Shown here: piece by piece, positions 1 through 12,870 of the stretch | How the letters are laid out: each line of letters starts with the position of its first letter | Position numbering within the stretch: the stretch's first letter is position 1 | Source: Prorocentrum cordatum | Taxonomy: Eukaryota | DNA length: 56,044 bases | Assembly (NCBI GenBank): GCA_963575745.1 | Contig: CAUYUJ010000116.1 | Span: 62,001-118,044, forward strand | Direction of reading: 5' to 3' | Program-made: the position numbers and the translations under genes | The notes under the pieces: generated by a model | The model's input: only the letters and a program-made list of their open reading frames with translations | Told to the model about the DNA's origin: nothing | Databases searched by the model: none

Positions 1-102
1 GAACCCGCAACAGAACGTCGAAACGGAACAAGTAAAACAACAGCCCTGTCGTTCCAGGGCCCAATGAGGGGAATGCCGTCGCGGGACCTTCCACAACAAC
101 GG

Positions 103-254
103 TTAGGTCGGGCCTGTCCCCCTACAGGCGGATTTTGAACGAAAGATCAAACAAAATACTCAAACGAATCTTTAAACATAATGGAAAATCGTCCCCAGAT
201 TTGTTTTTGACTATTTTGGAATATGCCTCCTGTAGAGGGACATGCCCGATTCAA
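103..254 (+). mobile_element. hAT-type MITE family A, copy 1
   Basis: ~26-bp TIRs TTAGGTCGGGCCTGTCCCCCTACAGG / CCTGTAGAGGGACATGCCCGATTCAA; perfect 8-bp TSD AACAACGG (95-102, 255-262). Confidence 0.85.
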
Positions 255-293
255 AACAACGGCTCAGGGTGAGGAGCCGGTCGGGGCTCTTCT

Positions 294-513
294 GACCGGG
301 GTCAATCCAGACCCGGGTCAGTCAGGCCTTGCAAGATCCTGCAAGATCCTGCGCCCAAGCCCGGGTCAATGCGAAGGATCCCGCAGGATCCTGCAAGATC
401 CTGCAGGATCCTGCAAGATCCTGCGCCCAAGCCCGGGTCAATGCGACCCTGCCCCTGCAGGATCCTGCAAGGTCGGGCGCTCTGGCTGACCCCCGTTTGC
501 ACTGACCCCCGTC
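294..513. mobile_element. MITE-like element with internal 10-bp GCARGATCCT repeats
   Basis: 28-bp imperfect inverted repeats (294-321 vs 486-513, 22/28). Confidence 0.5.
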
Positions 514-1371
514 TCAAGGCTCCCGAGCCGGGCGGGCGCTGGGGGCGCCGGGCAGCCCCGGAGGGGCCCGGCCCGAAGACGGAGGCCGTGGACAGGGATT
601 GGGCGAGGGCAGCGGGGGGCCTCACGAGGGAGCTGCGGGGTCGATGCGATTGAAGTGGGTGTGGAAAGAGAGCGAGAGAGAGAGGTGTGCATTAGCTCTC
701 CCCCTGAGCCTCTTCCTTTTTTGCACAAACAATTCACAACAATAATTATAATAAAGATCGGCCACGCAAAGAGCCTCGCAGGCCGCCCAAAGCCCCCTCC
801 TCCTCCTCTCCCCCGCCCTCGACCCCCAAATGGCGCTGGACACGCTGTAGGGCGCACGTGCGCGCCGGGAAGTGCGGAGGGACCGGCGAGAGTCTAACTG
901 CGCTTCACCTTCGTGAGTCCGAGTTTGTGGAGACGGTCTGGTCATAGGACAGGGAACCGTTAGAGAAGGAACCCAGGGTCTGGATGCCAGGGGAGCTCCA
1001 ATCGTGGACCAGCAATGGCCATGACCGCCGCCCTCGTTGGATAAGGACTCCTCCAGGGTCTGGCGCCTCCTGGGACTATTCCTCAAGAAACGCCTCCACC
1101 GTATATACTGGACCAGAGCGTTCAGACATCAACCAAACAACAGCACACAACAGCACAGGAACAACAAAACCATACACGCGTGTGGTCGGCGGCGACTTGT
1201 GTCCACAAAGCGGTCGGGACCACGGCAGGACGCGTGCGCAGCTGACTGCGGCGAAAAGAAGGGAGGGGCAAGCGGGAAGGAGAAAGCGGCCGAGGAACGG
1301 CATGGGAGTTCTGTACACAACCACACACGAAGAACAAACGAAACTTAACGAACACTCCATCTATTTACATA

Positions 1372-1577
1372 CAGTGCGGGCGCGGCCGCAAGAAACCCTC
1401 GCAAGGAACCCAACCCTGAGAACCCGTGCTTGAGGTGCACCTGAGGGGAAACCTGGAACACCCTGAACGCAGCAGCTCCTCCAACGGCAGCGGGAAGTCA
1501 CCGCGCAGCGCGGAGAGCGAAGAAACCCAGGACACTCTGACGAAAAACATATGGTTTCTTGATGCGCACCCCCACTG
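1372..1577 (+). mobile_element. Tc1/mariner-type MITE family B, copy 1
   Basis: TA|CAGTG...CAAGAAACC and GGTTTCTTG...CACTG|TA termini; related to 47524-47697 and 54603-54775. Confidence 0.7.
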
Positions 1578-1929
1578 TATACATATACGGACATGTACGT
1601 ACAACTTGGCAGCCCTCGCCCTCCGGGTGGGCCAGCCGCCCGCGGCCTCTGTCACGCCGAGCCAGAGGAAGCTGTGCACGTGCTCGACCTCCGCCTCGAT
1701 CCCGAGCATCGCCTGGGGAGGCCGCCCACGGTGCGCGCCGGAGCACCCACGCCCCCAACGCACTGAGAGACAGCCTTCCCCGATAAGAGACAGGGTGCGA
1801 GCCCCGAGGGGGGTACCTCACTGGGAAAGTGAGATGGTTACCGAGGGGGGGATCAACCAGAACATTTCTCTAGACACGAGAAATCAAAAAACGATAAGAA
1901 AATGATAGCAGCATCGATAGCCGCAACAG

Positions 1930-3041
1930 TACTACAACACCAACAGAAACAACCACAACAACATCACCAGCAACAGCATCAATACCACCAATATCAACAA
2001 CACCAGCAGCAGCAGCAACAACAACAAACCAACAGCAGTAACATCAACACCAACAACAACGACAACAACAGCTACAGCAACAACGACAACAACCAGTTTG
2101 GGACTGTTCGCTCTTATCTGCTCGCGTGCCATGTATTACGTGTACCCCAACCCTCGATCCCCGCCCTCTTCGTCTTCGATCGTACACCCTCAGGGGTATA
2201 TCTCTTACCTTCAACGCGTATGTCGTGCAGTCCTTAAGGCAGGGGAAGCGAGGACGGATGGAAGGAAGAGACAAGGGGGAGGGAGAAGGATGGAGCACGA
2301 GCGAAAGAGAGAGAGTACCAGGAGAGGGGGCTAGAAGCAGAAAACACGTGGCATAATCAGACGGGCAGATCGGGCGGGTAGGCCCTAACAGGCTGGTCGG
2401 GAAGGCGTGCCCAGGCGGCCTAGTCGAGCAGGCGGGTGACTGAAGCATGCGTCCTGCGTGACTCGCGAGTTTCGAGCGACACGCGATTCCAAAGTCAATC
2501 GTGAGATAGGCCAAAGCGAGAGCGTTATTCCTGAGTGTCGAGGGCGCGGCATGCAAATACATTGTAAGGAAGTCCCACGCGAGAGCGCGATTTCTGCATA
2601 CATTGTGAGTACGTCCCGCGCGAGATCGCGATTTGAGAATACTTTGTGAGGACGTATCAGGCGGAAGCCGTTGTTTTTGTTGTGGTTGCTGTTGTTGGTG
2701 TTGTCGTTGTTGTTGTAACGCGGGGGCCAGGGGCCCAATTCTGAGACCTTAAAAAAGGTGGCGGAAGGGCACTTCAAGTGAACAAGCAATGTGACCTGGA
2801 GGGGGTGGGCAACACTAACCATTATTCAGTAGTGGGAGTTCAACAACAGTAGCAATAACGGCAACAAAACCAACAACACTAACAACGACACTAGCAACAA
2901 CAACAGCAACAGCAACATCAACAACAACACCACCTCAAACAACCAAAACAACAACAACAGCAAGAACAACAATGACAACACAACCGCCACCACCACCAAC
3001 AACAGCAACTGCAACAACACCTGCAACAACAAGTGAAACTG

Positions 3042-3073
<32 letters not shown>

Positions 3074-3174
3074 ACAGCAACAACATCATCATCATCATCA
3101 TCATCAACAACAACAACAACGACAACAACAACAACAGCAACAACATCATCATCATCATCATCAACAACAACAGC

Positions 3175-3209
<35 letters not shown>

Positions 3210-3210
3210 G
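1930..3210 (+). repeat. (CAA/CAG/CAT)n microsatellite blocks
   Basis: Trinucleotide runs at ~1930-2095 and 2840-3210; (GTT)n at ~2670-2715. Confidence 0.9.
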
Positions 3211-4629
3211 CTGTCCGCTCTCCGTTGCCCGCGCGTCGGTCCACATGTATACCCCCGAAAACCCTGGATAACCAACCCCTCTCCTCTTCGATCGTCCCCT
3301 CTTTGAGAATCGACCGTCCTCCCCTGCCACGCGTAATTGGCGCGGCCTCCGAAAGAAAACGGATCAGAACGGAACGAATGCGATTGCGACCCCGTGCATT
3401 GGTTGTGTAGGGCAGCGCCAGGCAACTTGCCAGAGAAAATCTGTAAGGATTTTCGCACTCAAAAGCAAGGGAGAGGCCGAAGATCCTGCGACCTCGCTGC
3501 GGAAGACCCCTCGCCCAAAGCAGGACCGTCTGAAAGGGGAACAGCCCATGACGGCCCAGCGGCAGGTGCCGCCATGGGAGAGGAGTCGAACATCCACTCC
3601 AATCTAACCCCAGGCTGCAACCCAACAGCGACGCGACACGGGAGGGAGGAGGGGGGAACGACGGGCGAGAAAGAACAGGACGCCGCACACAAACCACGTA
3701 GAGCCACGCACACCCACACGCACACGACCACGGAAGGCCGGATGCGAGGGAGAGCAGGCAGCGCAAGCGCCGCCGAAGCCAGGAGGAGGAGGAGTGAGAG
3801 GACTGGGCACCAGGAGGAACTGCAGAAGACGTGTGGCAACCTTCTGGTCTTGAGACCTCGCTGGCTGAGGCCGAGGAGGAGGGAGGCAAGCAGCGCACTC
3901 GAGGCCCGCGCATCAGCGGACGAGAGAGAGGAGGGAAGGTCAGTAGCCAGCCTCCTAACACAAGCAGCTCTTCCGAGGGCCTGGATGGGGCGCCCTGTGA
4001 ACTCCAATCCCTATGTAGAATGCCTCGAAACATGGAGCCAGGCTTATATCTCAGAATCGGGACCTGAAATCGCTGCCGTAAAACCTGAAGCTGAGAGTGC
4101 TTCGGGAGTCCTTTCCATGCAGGATCTAGCACGCGCTCATAATGTTTAGGACGGTCGCCACACGACCGGGGGCCATAACTACTCTGTCGTGTAGATGTCC
4201 CTTCGGTGGAAGAGGAAGGGGCAGGAGGAGGGAGGGGGGAGGGGAAACAAGGGAGAGACCGAGGAAAGGAGGAGGAGACGAGCAAGGAAGGGGGGGCGCG
4301 AGGGAGGGAGGATGATATTGAGGGCGAAGAAGCTCTTGGGAGGGAGGGGGAGACAAGGGAGAGACCGCGGAAAGGGGGAGGAAACGAGCAAGGAAGGGAG
4401 GGGGGGTGATATTGAGGGCGAAAAAGCTCCTTAGGACGAGCGAGAGGGGGGGGGGGAAAGCAGAGCAAGCAAGCGGGCGGGCGGGCCCGTCGGGCCAGCT
4501 CCGCTCGGCGGGGGCCATCGGCGGGGGGACGCCCCCTAGAAATTGGGCGGGGGCACGGCGGAAAGGGCGCACGAAAACGAACGGGAAGGAGGGCTCTTCC
4601 TCCTCCCTCCTTCCTCCCTCCGTCATCCC

Positions 4630-4679
4630 TCCGTCCTCCCTCCTCCTCCTCCTCCTCCTCCTCCTCCTCCTTCCCCTTC

Positions 4680-4714
<35 letters not shown>

Positions 4715-4940
4715 CTCCTCCTCCTTCTCCTCCTCCCTTTCCTCCTCCTCCTCCTCCTCCTCCTCCTCCTCCTCCTCCTCATCCTTCCCCTCCTCCTCCT
4801 CCTCCTCCTCCTCCTCCCCTCCTCCTCCTCCTCCTCCTCCTCCTCCTCCTCCTCCTCTACTCATTTTCCTCCTCCTCCTCCTCCTCCTCCTCCTCCTCCT
4901 CCTCCTCCTCCTCCTCCTCCTCCTCCTCCTCCTCCTCCCG
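4630..4940 (+). repeat. (CCT)n microsatellite
   Basis: Direct. Confidence 0.95.
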
Positions 4941-5839
4941 TCTCTCCTCCTCGTCCGTCTCCTCCTCGCCTCCCTCCTTCGGGCGGGGGCGGGCCCCGGC
5001 GGGCGGGCCGGGCGGGCGGACCCGCGTGCGGGCGGGCCAACCGGGCGGGGGGGCCCCGGCGAGCGGGGTCGGCCGGGGCACTGAGGCGGGCGGGCGGGCT
5101 CGAGCAGGCTGGTCAGGCGGGCGCGTCAGCATGGGCGGGTCGGGCGAGCGAGCGAGCGAGCGAGCGCGCGACGATGGCCCAGCGGGACCGGCCCTAGGAG
5201 GGCGGCGCGGGGGGGCGGGAGCCCTCTGAAGTCGGCCTGGGACTGGCGGTCGATCTGGATGAAAGTGGTGTGAAACGTAGAACATGTTGGACGTCTGGTG
5301 TATTCTGTATTCGGGCGGGTCGGGCGGGCGGGGCATTGAAGCGAACGTCTGCAATGAGCAAAGAAGCCTCGGGCGAGCCATGTGCGAGGAAGTCTCGCGC
5401 GGGAAGCCTCGGGCGAGCAGTGCGCGAAGAAGCCTCAGGCAAGCAGCAATGTGCGAGCGTTGTGCGGGGCATTGGAGCGAATAGCCATAATGAGCGAAGA
5501 CGCCTCAGGCGAGAACACCAGCTACGAGGAGAACTCGCGCGAGAGCGCGATTCCTGGGCGTCGCGGGCGCTGCGCCCGACTGAATTGCGAGGAAGTGCTG
5601 AGCGAGAGACTGCCAGGGCGCATCGTGCGGGAGCCGTTACTGGCGTGGCTCAGGGGCCAACGAAGCAGTTTGAGCCTCAGGACAACAGGGTGCGAGCCCC
5701 GTGGAGGGAGCGCGCCAATTGAAAAAAAATGCGCACCTGACGGGGGGGTCGACTTGGGCCCGGGGCGCGCAGGGGGGGCTGGTGGATTTTATGTGCGTTC
5801 TTCTCAAGAAGAAAACCTATGCTAATCTCTCCCTGCGAC

Positions 5840-5985
5840 TCCCTCTCTCTCTCTCTCGCTATATATATCGTTGTATTTTTGTTTTCTCTCTCTCTCTCTC
5901 TCTCGCTCTCTCTCTCCCTCTCTCTCTCTCAGCCTCTCTATCTCTCTCGTTATATAGCTTTCTCTTGCTTTGTGTAGCTCCCCTG

Positions 5986-6022
<37 letters not shown>

Positions 6023-6159
6023 GTTGTCTCTCTCTCTCTCTCTCGTTCTCTCTTTCTCTCTTTGTTTTTTTTCCCCCCTCTCTCTCACTCTCTCTCTCTC
6101 TCTCTCTCTTGATTGTTTGTCTCTCTAGTTTGTGTTTCTCTCTTGTTTCTCTCTCTCTC

Positions 6160-6223
<64 letters not shown>

Positions 6224-7620
6224 GTTATAGCTCTCTCTCTCTCTCTCCCTCTCCCTTTCTATCTGTCTTGTTTCTCTTTCACTGCGTCAGAACTCATCCT
6301 CCATTCCATCGGGGGGAAGGGAACGGAACCTCCTATTCCTCCTTCTCCTCCTACACCCTTTCCACCCAGAAGGAAAGGGAAGGGGGGGGGTCCCCCTCGT
6401 TCGCCCCCCCCCCCTCTCCTCCTCTTCCTCCTCCTGAGGGAACGGGAAGGGGAGGGGCCGCGTCCTCAGCCTCCTTGCTGACAGAGAGGGCAGGGAATGA
6501 CCCTGCTCCTCCTCCTATCCCTCCCCCTTCTGATGGAAATGGGCGGGAAGGGGACCTCCTCCTCGTCGTCTTTGAGGGGGAGAGAAGGAAAGGAACTTCA
6601 TTCCCCTCCTCCTCCTTCTGAAGGGAAAGAAGAAGGAAGAACCCCCCCTCCCCTGCTGTCCTGAAGGGCAGGGAAAAGAAGGAACATCCTCTTCTCCATC
6701 CCACGGGAAAGGGAAGGGGAGGTATCTCCTCGCCCTCCTCCCCCTCCTTCTGATGGGAAGGGAAATGGCGGAACCTCCTCCCCATCCGCCTCCTCCTGCC
6801 CCTTCCTGAAGGAAGGGGGGGGGGGGGGGGGCAATGAATTTCCTCCTCGTGTTTCCTGAAGGAAAATGAAGGGAGTGAGCCTCCTCCTTCTCCTCCTCCC
6901 TCTGAGGGAAGGGGGGGGGGGGGGGGGGGGGCGAATGACCATCCTCCTTCCCCATCCAAGGGAACAGGGAAGGGAAGGAAACCACCTCCTCATCCTTCTT
7001 GAAAGAAAGTAAAGGGCGTGCGCCCCCTCCTCCCCCCCCTCCCTCTGAGGGGAAAAGACGCGAATGAACATCCTCCTTTTCCTTCCTGGGGGACAGGGAA
7101 CGGAAGGGAACCGACTCCTCTTTTTTTTCTCCTGAGGGAAAGAAAGGGAAGGATTGTCCTCCTTCTTCTCTCCCCCTGCTCCTCCTGTGGGAACGGGCAG
7201 GGGATGAGCATCCTCCTCCTCTTCCTCCTCCTCCTGATAGAAAGGGGCAGGAAGGGGGCCTCCTCCTCTTCTTCCCGGAGGCAACGGGAAGGGAAGGAAC
7301 CTTCTTTCCCACTTCCCCTTCCTCCACCTCATGTTCATCCCTGTTGTCGGGAAGAGGATGGAAGGGGAGGCACCTCCTCCTCCTCCTCCTGCTCCTCCTC
7401 CTCCTCCCCTGCCCTTAATGAAAGGGAATTGAAGGAAAATCCTCCTCCTTTATCCTGAATGAAAGCGAAGGGAAAGGTGCCCTCCTCCTCTGTCCTGAGG
7501 GAAAGGGAAGGGGATGAGCCTCCTCCTCCTCCTCCTCTGCATCCTCCTTCCTGATGGGATGGGAGGGGAAGGGAAGCTCCTGCTCCTCTTCCTCTTTTCT
7601 GGAAGAAAGGGAAGGATCTC
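5840..7620 (+). repeat. (CT)n tract followed by degenerate GAAGGG/CCTCCT low-complexity repeat
   Basis: Direct. Confidence 0.85.
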
Positions 7621-7649
7621 AAGATGATTGAGGGTCTCCCTCTCTCAAG

Positions 7650-8335
7650 GCCCCTTGTGTGGGGGGGTCACACATAGTGTCCCGGTGTGGGGGTTACACT
7701 TATATTCCTTTTGTGCGAGGAGGTACAATCACACTGTGACGGACACATAGATTTCCTTTGTAGGTGGTTACGAAGAGATTCCTTTTGTGTGAGGGGGTAC
7801 ACATCGAATCCCATTGTGGCGGAATTGCACATCGATTCTGTTTGTGGGGGGCAACAAAAATATTCCCTTTGTGTGAGGGGCTACAAATTGATCCCCTTTG
7901 CTGCGCAATTACACATCGATTCCCTTTGTGGGGGGTGAAACATAGATTCTCTTTCTGTGAGGGGGGTACAAATTCATTCCCTCTGTGGCCGAGGAGGGGG
8001 GGGGTGGCTGGCCCTGGGGGAAAGGTCCCAGCAACAAGGAAAAACAAAAAAAACGGCCCCCCTGAATCCACTGGGCCCGTTTTTTTGTTGTGCTCGGGCG
8101 GGCCCGAACAAAAAGGAACAAACAAACAAACAAAAAACTGGACCAGTGAATTCAGGGTTTGTTTTTGTTGCTGGGACCTTTCCCCCAGGGCCAGACCCCC
8201 TCCCTCCTCCGCCACAAAGGGAATCAATGTGTATCCCCTCGCACACACACAAAGACTACATTTGTAACCTCCCACAAAAGGAATCGATTTGAAATTCCGC
8301 CAAATCCGCCGCAAAGGGAATCGATATGTAGGCGC
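7650..8335. mobile_element. Foldback element with ~30-bp subrepeats in its arms
   Basis: Perfect 30-bp inverted repeat 8008-8037/8165-8194; GATTCCCTTTGTG subrepeats on the left are mirrored as CACAAAGGGAATC on the right. Confidence 0.6.
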
Positions 8336-9236
8336 CGCAGAGAGGGATAGAGAGGGAAAGAGGGAGACAGAAAGAGAGAGGGAGGGATAGAGAGAGAGAG
8401 AGAGACAGAAGCATGAAACCCTCAGAGAGCCGAAAGCTTGTCTATTCATCCAGCGTGGAGCTGAAAAACGAAACACATAAAATCCCCCAGGCCCCCTTTG
8501 CGCCCCAAGCCCAAAATAATTGTTCAGAAATGAGAGCTCAACAGCAACGAGAAAGAACACACACACACACACGTTTTGGCATCGCTGCCATGCGCGCAGC
8601 GGCGCGGCGGATCAACACACGCACACACACACACATACGTACACACACATACGCACAAACAAGAACAACAGGTAACCTTTATCAGTGTGTGGGCCCTCGC
8701 TGGGCCCCAGACCACCAACCCAACGACAATGGATGAGAAGCCGGCCACGGGGAAAGGCTGCAGACTGCGGGCTCCTGAACGATCCGCCTCTGGAGGACCC
8801 CCTCAAATCTGATGTTGCAAAACATTCGCCACATATCAAGAAATCGCGCCCGGAGCCGCAAACCTCACCTCTCTGAGTCCTTAACTACTCGGATGGGTTC
8901 AATCAATCTGTGAGGGTCCCGGGGCCCAGAACCGAGCGAAAACGCCGCCCTCGCAGAAAAGACTGCGACGCAAGGACCTCAGGATCGCACCCTGGCCCCA
9001 GGAGGCGTCTCAAAGCTAATCGTCGAGACCCGCCCCGGCAGGGGGGGGGGCAGCCCGCCGCGGCGCTCCACAAAATAGTCGGAGGCTCGAGCAGGGAGGC
9101 CTCGCCCGGGCGGTCTCTAACGGACCTCGGAGGGGGGGCGGCTGCGGAGAATATCATGGGGCCCGGGGCGGAGCCAGAGCCTGCCAGACACGGGCTGGGC
9201 ACCAAAAGAACGGCCCGTGCCAGGCCGATCCTGGGC

Positions 9237-9276
9237 CTGAGATTGGCGACCGGCTCGTCTCTGCGCAAGGTCATTC
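9237..9276 (-). CDS. Candidate micro-exon (MTLRRDEPVANLR), unknown protein
   Basis: CAG|GA...AG|GC boundaries; phase matches candidate exon 11854-11907. Confidence 0.25.
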
Positions 9277-9289
9277 CTGGCGACTCCGC

Positions 9290-10080
9290 CTCCTCCTCCT
9301 CCTTCTCCTTTTCCTCCTCCTCCTTCTCCTCCTCCTCCTCTCATCAGCATCACCATCACCATCGCCACCACCATCAACATCACCACCATTTGTATCACCA
9401 TCACCATCATCAGGATCATCATCAGCAGCATCATCATCACAATCACCATCATCATCACCATAAACACCATCATAGTCACTATCATCATTATCAGCATCAT
9501 CATCATCAACACCAGCAGCATCATCATCATCGTCATCATCATCGTCATCATCATCATCCTCATCATCATCATCATCATCATCATCATCGTCATTGTCATC
9601 GTCATCATCATCAGCATCAGCATCATCATCACAGTCACAATCATAAACACTGATTTTTACGAGGGGTAATAATAAGGATAATACTTTTAAAATCGTCACC
9701 ACCATACTACGAAAACTAACAACTAATACATAATAAGACTGGAAACCTTGTAATATTACGAATGGTAATAAGGATCATACCAATACGACTACTAATACTC
9801 ATCATCATCGTCATCAACACCACCATCAGCAGCATCATCATCAACACCACGACCATCATCATCATCTTCTTCATCATCATCAGTATCATCATCATCATCA
9901 TCGTCGACAGCAACATCAACATCAGCATCGTCATCATCACAATCGTGATCGGAATCATCATCAATGTCGTCGTCCTAGTCATCCGAATCATCATCACAAT
10001 CATGCTTGCCGTCGTCTTCATCATTCTGAGAATCACGATCATGATCACGATCACCACCACCACCACCACCACCACCACCC
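9290..10080 (+). repeat. (CAT/CAC)n degenerate microsatellite
   Basis: Direct. Confidence 0.9.
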
Positions 10081-11547
10081 CGGAAGCGGCCCCTGGACGC
10101 CTCGTCGATCTGTTGGAGGCGCCACACGTCTGCGCGGCGCCTCGAACCGTGACCGTGATCTCTTCACGACCTGGACACCCAAAGGTCGAATACCAGGGAC
10201 CAGGAGGAGGAGGAGGAGGAGAAGGAGGAGGAGCTCCAGAAGCTGGAGCCTGGACCAGGAGGAGCAGGGGACCAGGGGGAGGAGGAGGACACCCAAAGGT
10301 CGAATACCAGGGACCAGCTTCTGGAGCTCATCACGGGTAGTTTTGTGGACTGTCCGGGGCCCAGGCGGGGCCCTCCCAGAGAAGGACAAGCACACCGAAA
10401 ACACATCGATGATTGGAGCAAGGGAGACTGAGATGTGAGAATCCAATAATACCTACTTCCAACGACCAGCCATCCAATAATACCTACTTCCAATGACCGG
10501 CGGGTAGCGGTAGCGGTATCTCTTCCTTCGGGCGCGCGCTAACACGACTTGGGGATATGTGGATCTGGCGCGTGGGCGCCACGACCCGGCCACGGATCGA
10601 GGAAGGGTGCCCCCGAAACATGAAGCTGAGGCCGCCCGACGTGGCGTCGGAGCGCGCTGGCTTGGCATGGAAACGGGACCCGCCGCTTATCGACGCGCCC
10701 GAGTCCATGTTTGCGCTTCCTCGGCTTGGGACGCACAGGGACATAGCAGTACGACGTGCCCTCCCTGGAGGCGTGCGTCTGGCCCGAGCGCCCAGTATAG
10801 CCCTCTTGTAGCGCGTCGCCTCCCGAGAGACGTGGCCAGAGAGCGCCCGCCACCGCGCACGTCCGGGACTTCTCGGCGAGCGCGCCGGCCCTCGGGGGGG
10901 GGAGGGGGGGGGGGGGGGCGACGCACCCATCGTACTGGCATGTGGGGTGACGCCGACGTCGCGCGTTCTTGTTCAGGACATCGACCCGCAGAGGTCTGGA
11001 TCCATTCCCCAGGACCTGCTTTTCATCCAGAGTCGCTGGCTGACGGTCCCGAGGCCCCGTAAGGGCTCCGTAAGGGCTCTCGGAGGTCGAAAATATGGAA
11101 CAATCTCCTGTGGTGATTTTTGGTGACAACGCGATGGGGGCGCCACACACATGGTATTAGTATGTTGGGGTGACGACGACGATGGGGAAACAAAAGGGTA
11201 CCAATACCACTACTTCCACACCTCTTCCGGGGCGCGTTCTAACCAGGATTTCGAAGCGAACCCAGCGGTGGCGACGAGGGCCTCCCCAGGAGGCCCAAAA
11301 AGAGGAAAACGAAGGAAGGGTAGCAATATAGGTACCTTTGCTCCTCCGAGACGATTCCTCCTCTGACTAGGCGCCGGCGGTCAACCGTCAACCTGGCTAC
11401 CGCCGGGGACCTCGTAGAGCTCGCAGTCACTTGCCATGGTCGTCGTCGTCGGACACTCAAGGCAATCGGTTGCATGATGGCTTTTCTAGTGCGGCTCGAG
11501 TAGCAGACTGAGCTCAGGTCTCTCGCAACTGCAGGTCGACACTGTCG

Positions 11548-11706
11548 TGAGGTCGGGCATGTCCCCCTACAGGTAGATTTTGGACGAAGAATCAAACATA
11601 GTCCAAACGTACTCCAAACTGCCCAGAAATACTAAGAACATCGTCCCCTGACTATTTTTTGACTATTTCTGAACATTCCCACTGTAGAGGGACAGGCCCG
11701 ACTTAA
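11548..11706 (+). mobile_element. hAT-type MITE family A, copy 2
   Basis: Both TIRs; TSD CACTGTCG/AACTATGG (5/8). Confidence 0.8.
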
Positions 11707-11853
11707 AACTATGGGTACCGTTTGCTTCTCCGAAAGGACTCCTCTTCTGAACCGTGGCCGTCGTCCACCCGAAGCTGCTCCCGAGACCCTCTGTCAGAGG
11801 CGACGATAGGGGCGAACAGCCCAGGGGAAAGCAAGACGTGTATTCAGGTGCGC

Positions 11854-11907
11854 CGATGATCTTTGCCTTCGAGAAGGCTCCCAGGCGAATGCGTGTGATG
11901 CCCGCCC
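11854..11907 (-). CDS. Candidate micro-exon (AGITRIRLGAFSKAKII), unknown protein
   Basis: CAG|GG acceptor, G|GC donor, GC3-rich codons. Confidence 0.25.
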
Positions 11908-12099
11908 CTGGGCTATTCGCCCCCACCGTCGCCGCCGACTCTGCCGGCCCCCGCTGCCGCCGCCCGGCGTCGCCGCCCACCGCGGCGCCAAGTGCGCCAG
12001 GCCCGGGAGCCGGCGGAGGTTGATCTCGCCTGGGCGGCGGCCAGCGGGCAACCCCAGGCACGGTGGGTTCGCGCGGCGTCGGCGGAGGGAATGGGAGGG

Positions 12100-12870
12100 G
12101 GGGAGGAGGAGGAGGAGGAGGAGGAGGAGGAGGAGGAGGAGGAGGAGGAGGAGGAGGAGGAGGAGGAGGAGGAGGAGGAGGAGGAGGGAGGTAGGAGGAG
12201 GAGGAGGGAGGAGGAGGAGGAGGAGGAGGAGGAGGAGGAGGAGGAGGAGGAAGAGGAGGATGAGAGAGGAGGAAGAGGAGGGAGAAGAGAGAGGAGAGAG
12301 CAAGGGGAGGAGGAGGAGTAGGAGGAAGAGCAAGAGGGAGAGGAGGAGGATGAGGAGGAGACACGAGGAGGAGGAGGAACAGGATGAGGAATAATAGGAG
12401 GAGGGGGAAGAACGAGAAAGAGGATAACAAAGAGGAGGAAGGAAACTAAGGAGGAGGAGGAGGAGGAGGAGGAGGCGACAATGATAATGATGATGGTGAT
12501 GATTCTGATGATGATGATGACGACAATGATGATGATGGCGATGCTGATGATGATCATGATAACGATGATGCTGGTGCTGCTGGTGATGAGGAAGCGGAGG
12601 AGGACAAGGAGGACGAGGAGGAGGAAAATAATAGGACGGCGAAAGCGAGGGGGAGGATGAGGGGGAAAACGAGAAGGAAGGAGGACGAACAGAAGGAAGA
12701 GGGAATAGGAAGAGGAAAAGGAAGAGGAGGAGGAGGAGGAGGAGGAAGAGGAGGGAGGAGGAGGATGATGAGGAGGTGAAGGAGGAGGAGGAGGAGGAGG
12801 AGGAGGAGGAGGAGGAGGAGGAGGAGGTAAAGGAGGAGGGGGAGGAGCAAGGGGAGGAAGAAGAGGAGGA
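12100..12870 (+). repeat. (GAG)n/(GAT)n microsatellite
   Basis: Direct. Confidence 0.95.

Noticed and set aside
103..254. Family A MITEs as Introners (TTAG|GT start, AA+G end)
   Set aside because: Splicing at those sites would leave 11 extra nt, the sites are on the strand opposite the inferred gene, and the flanks do not look coding.
3337..4149. 270-aa plus-strand ORF
   Set aside because: No recognisable motif; may be a decayed element fragment but is unsupported.
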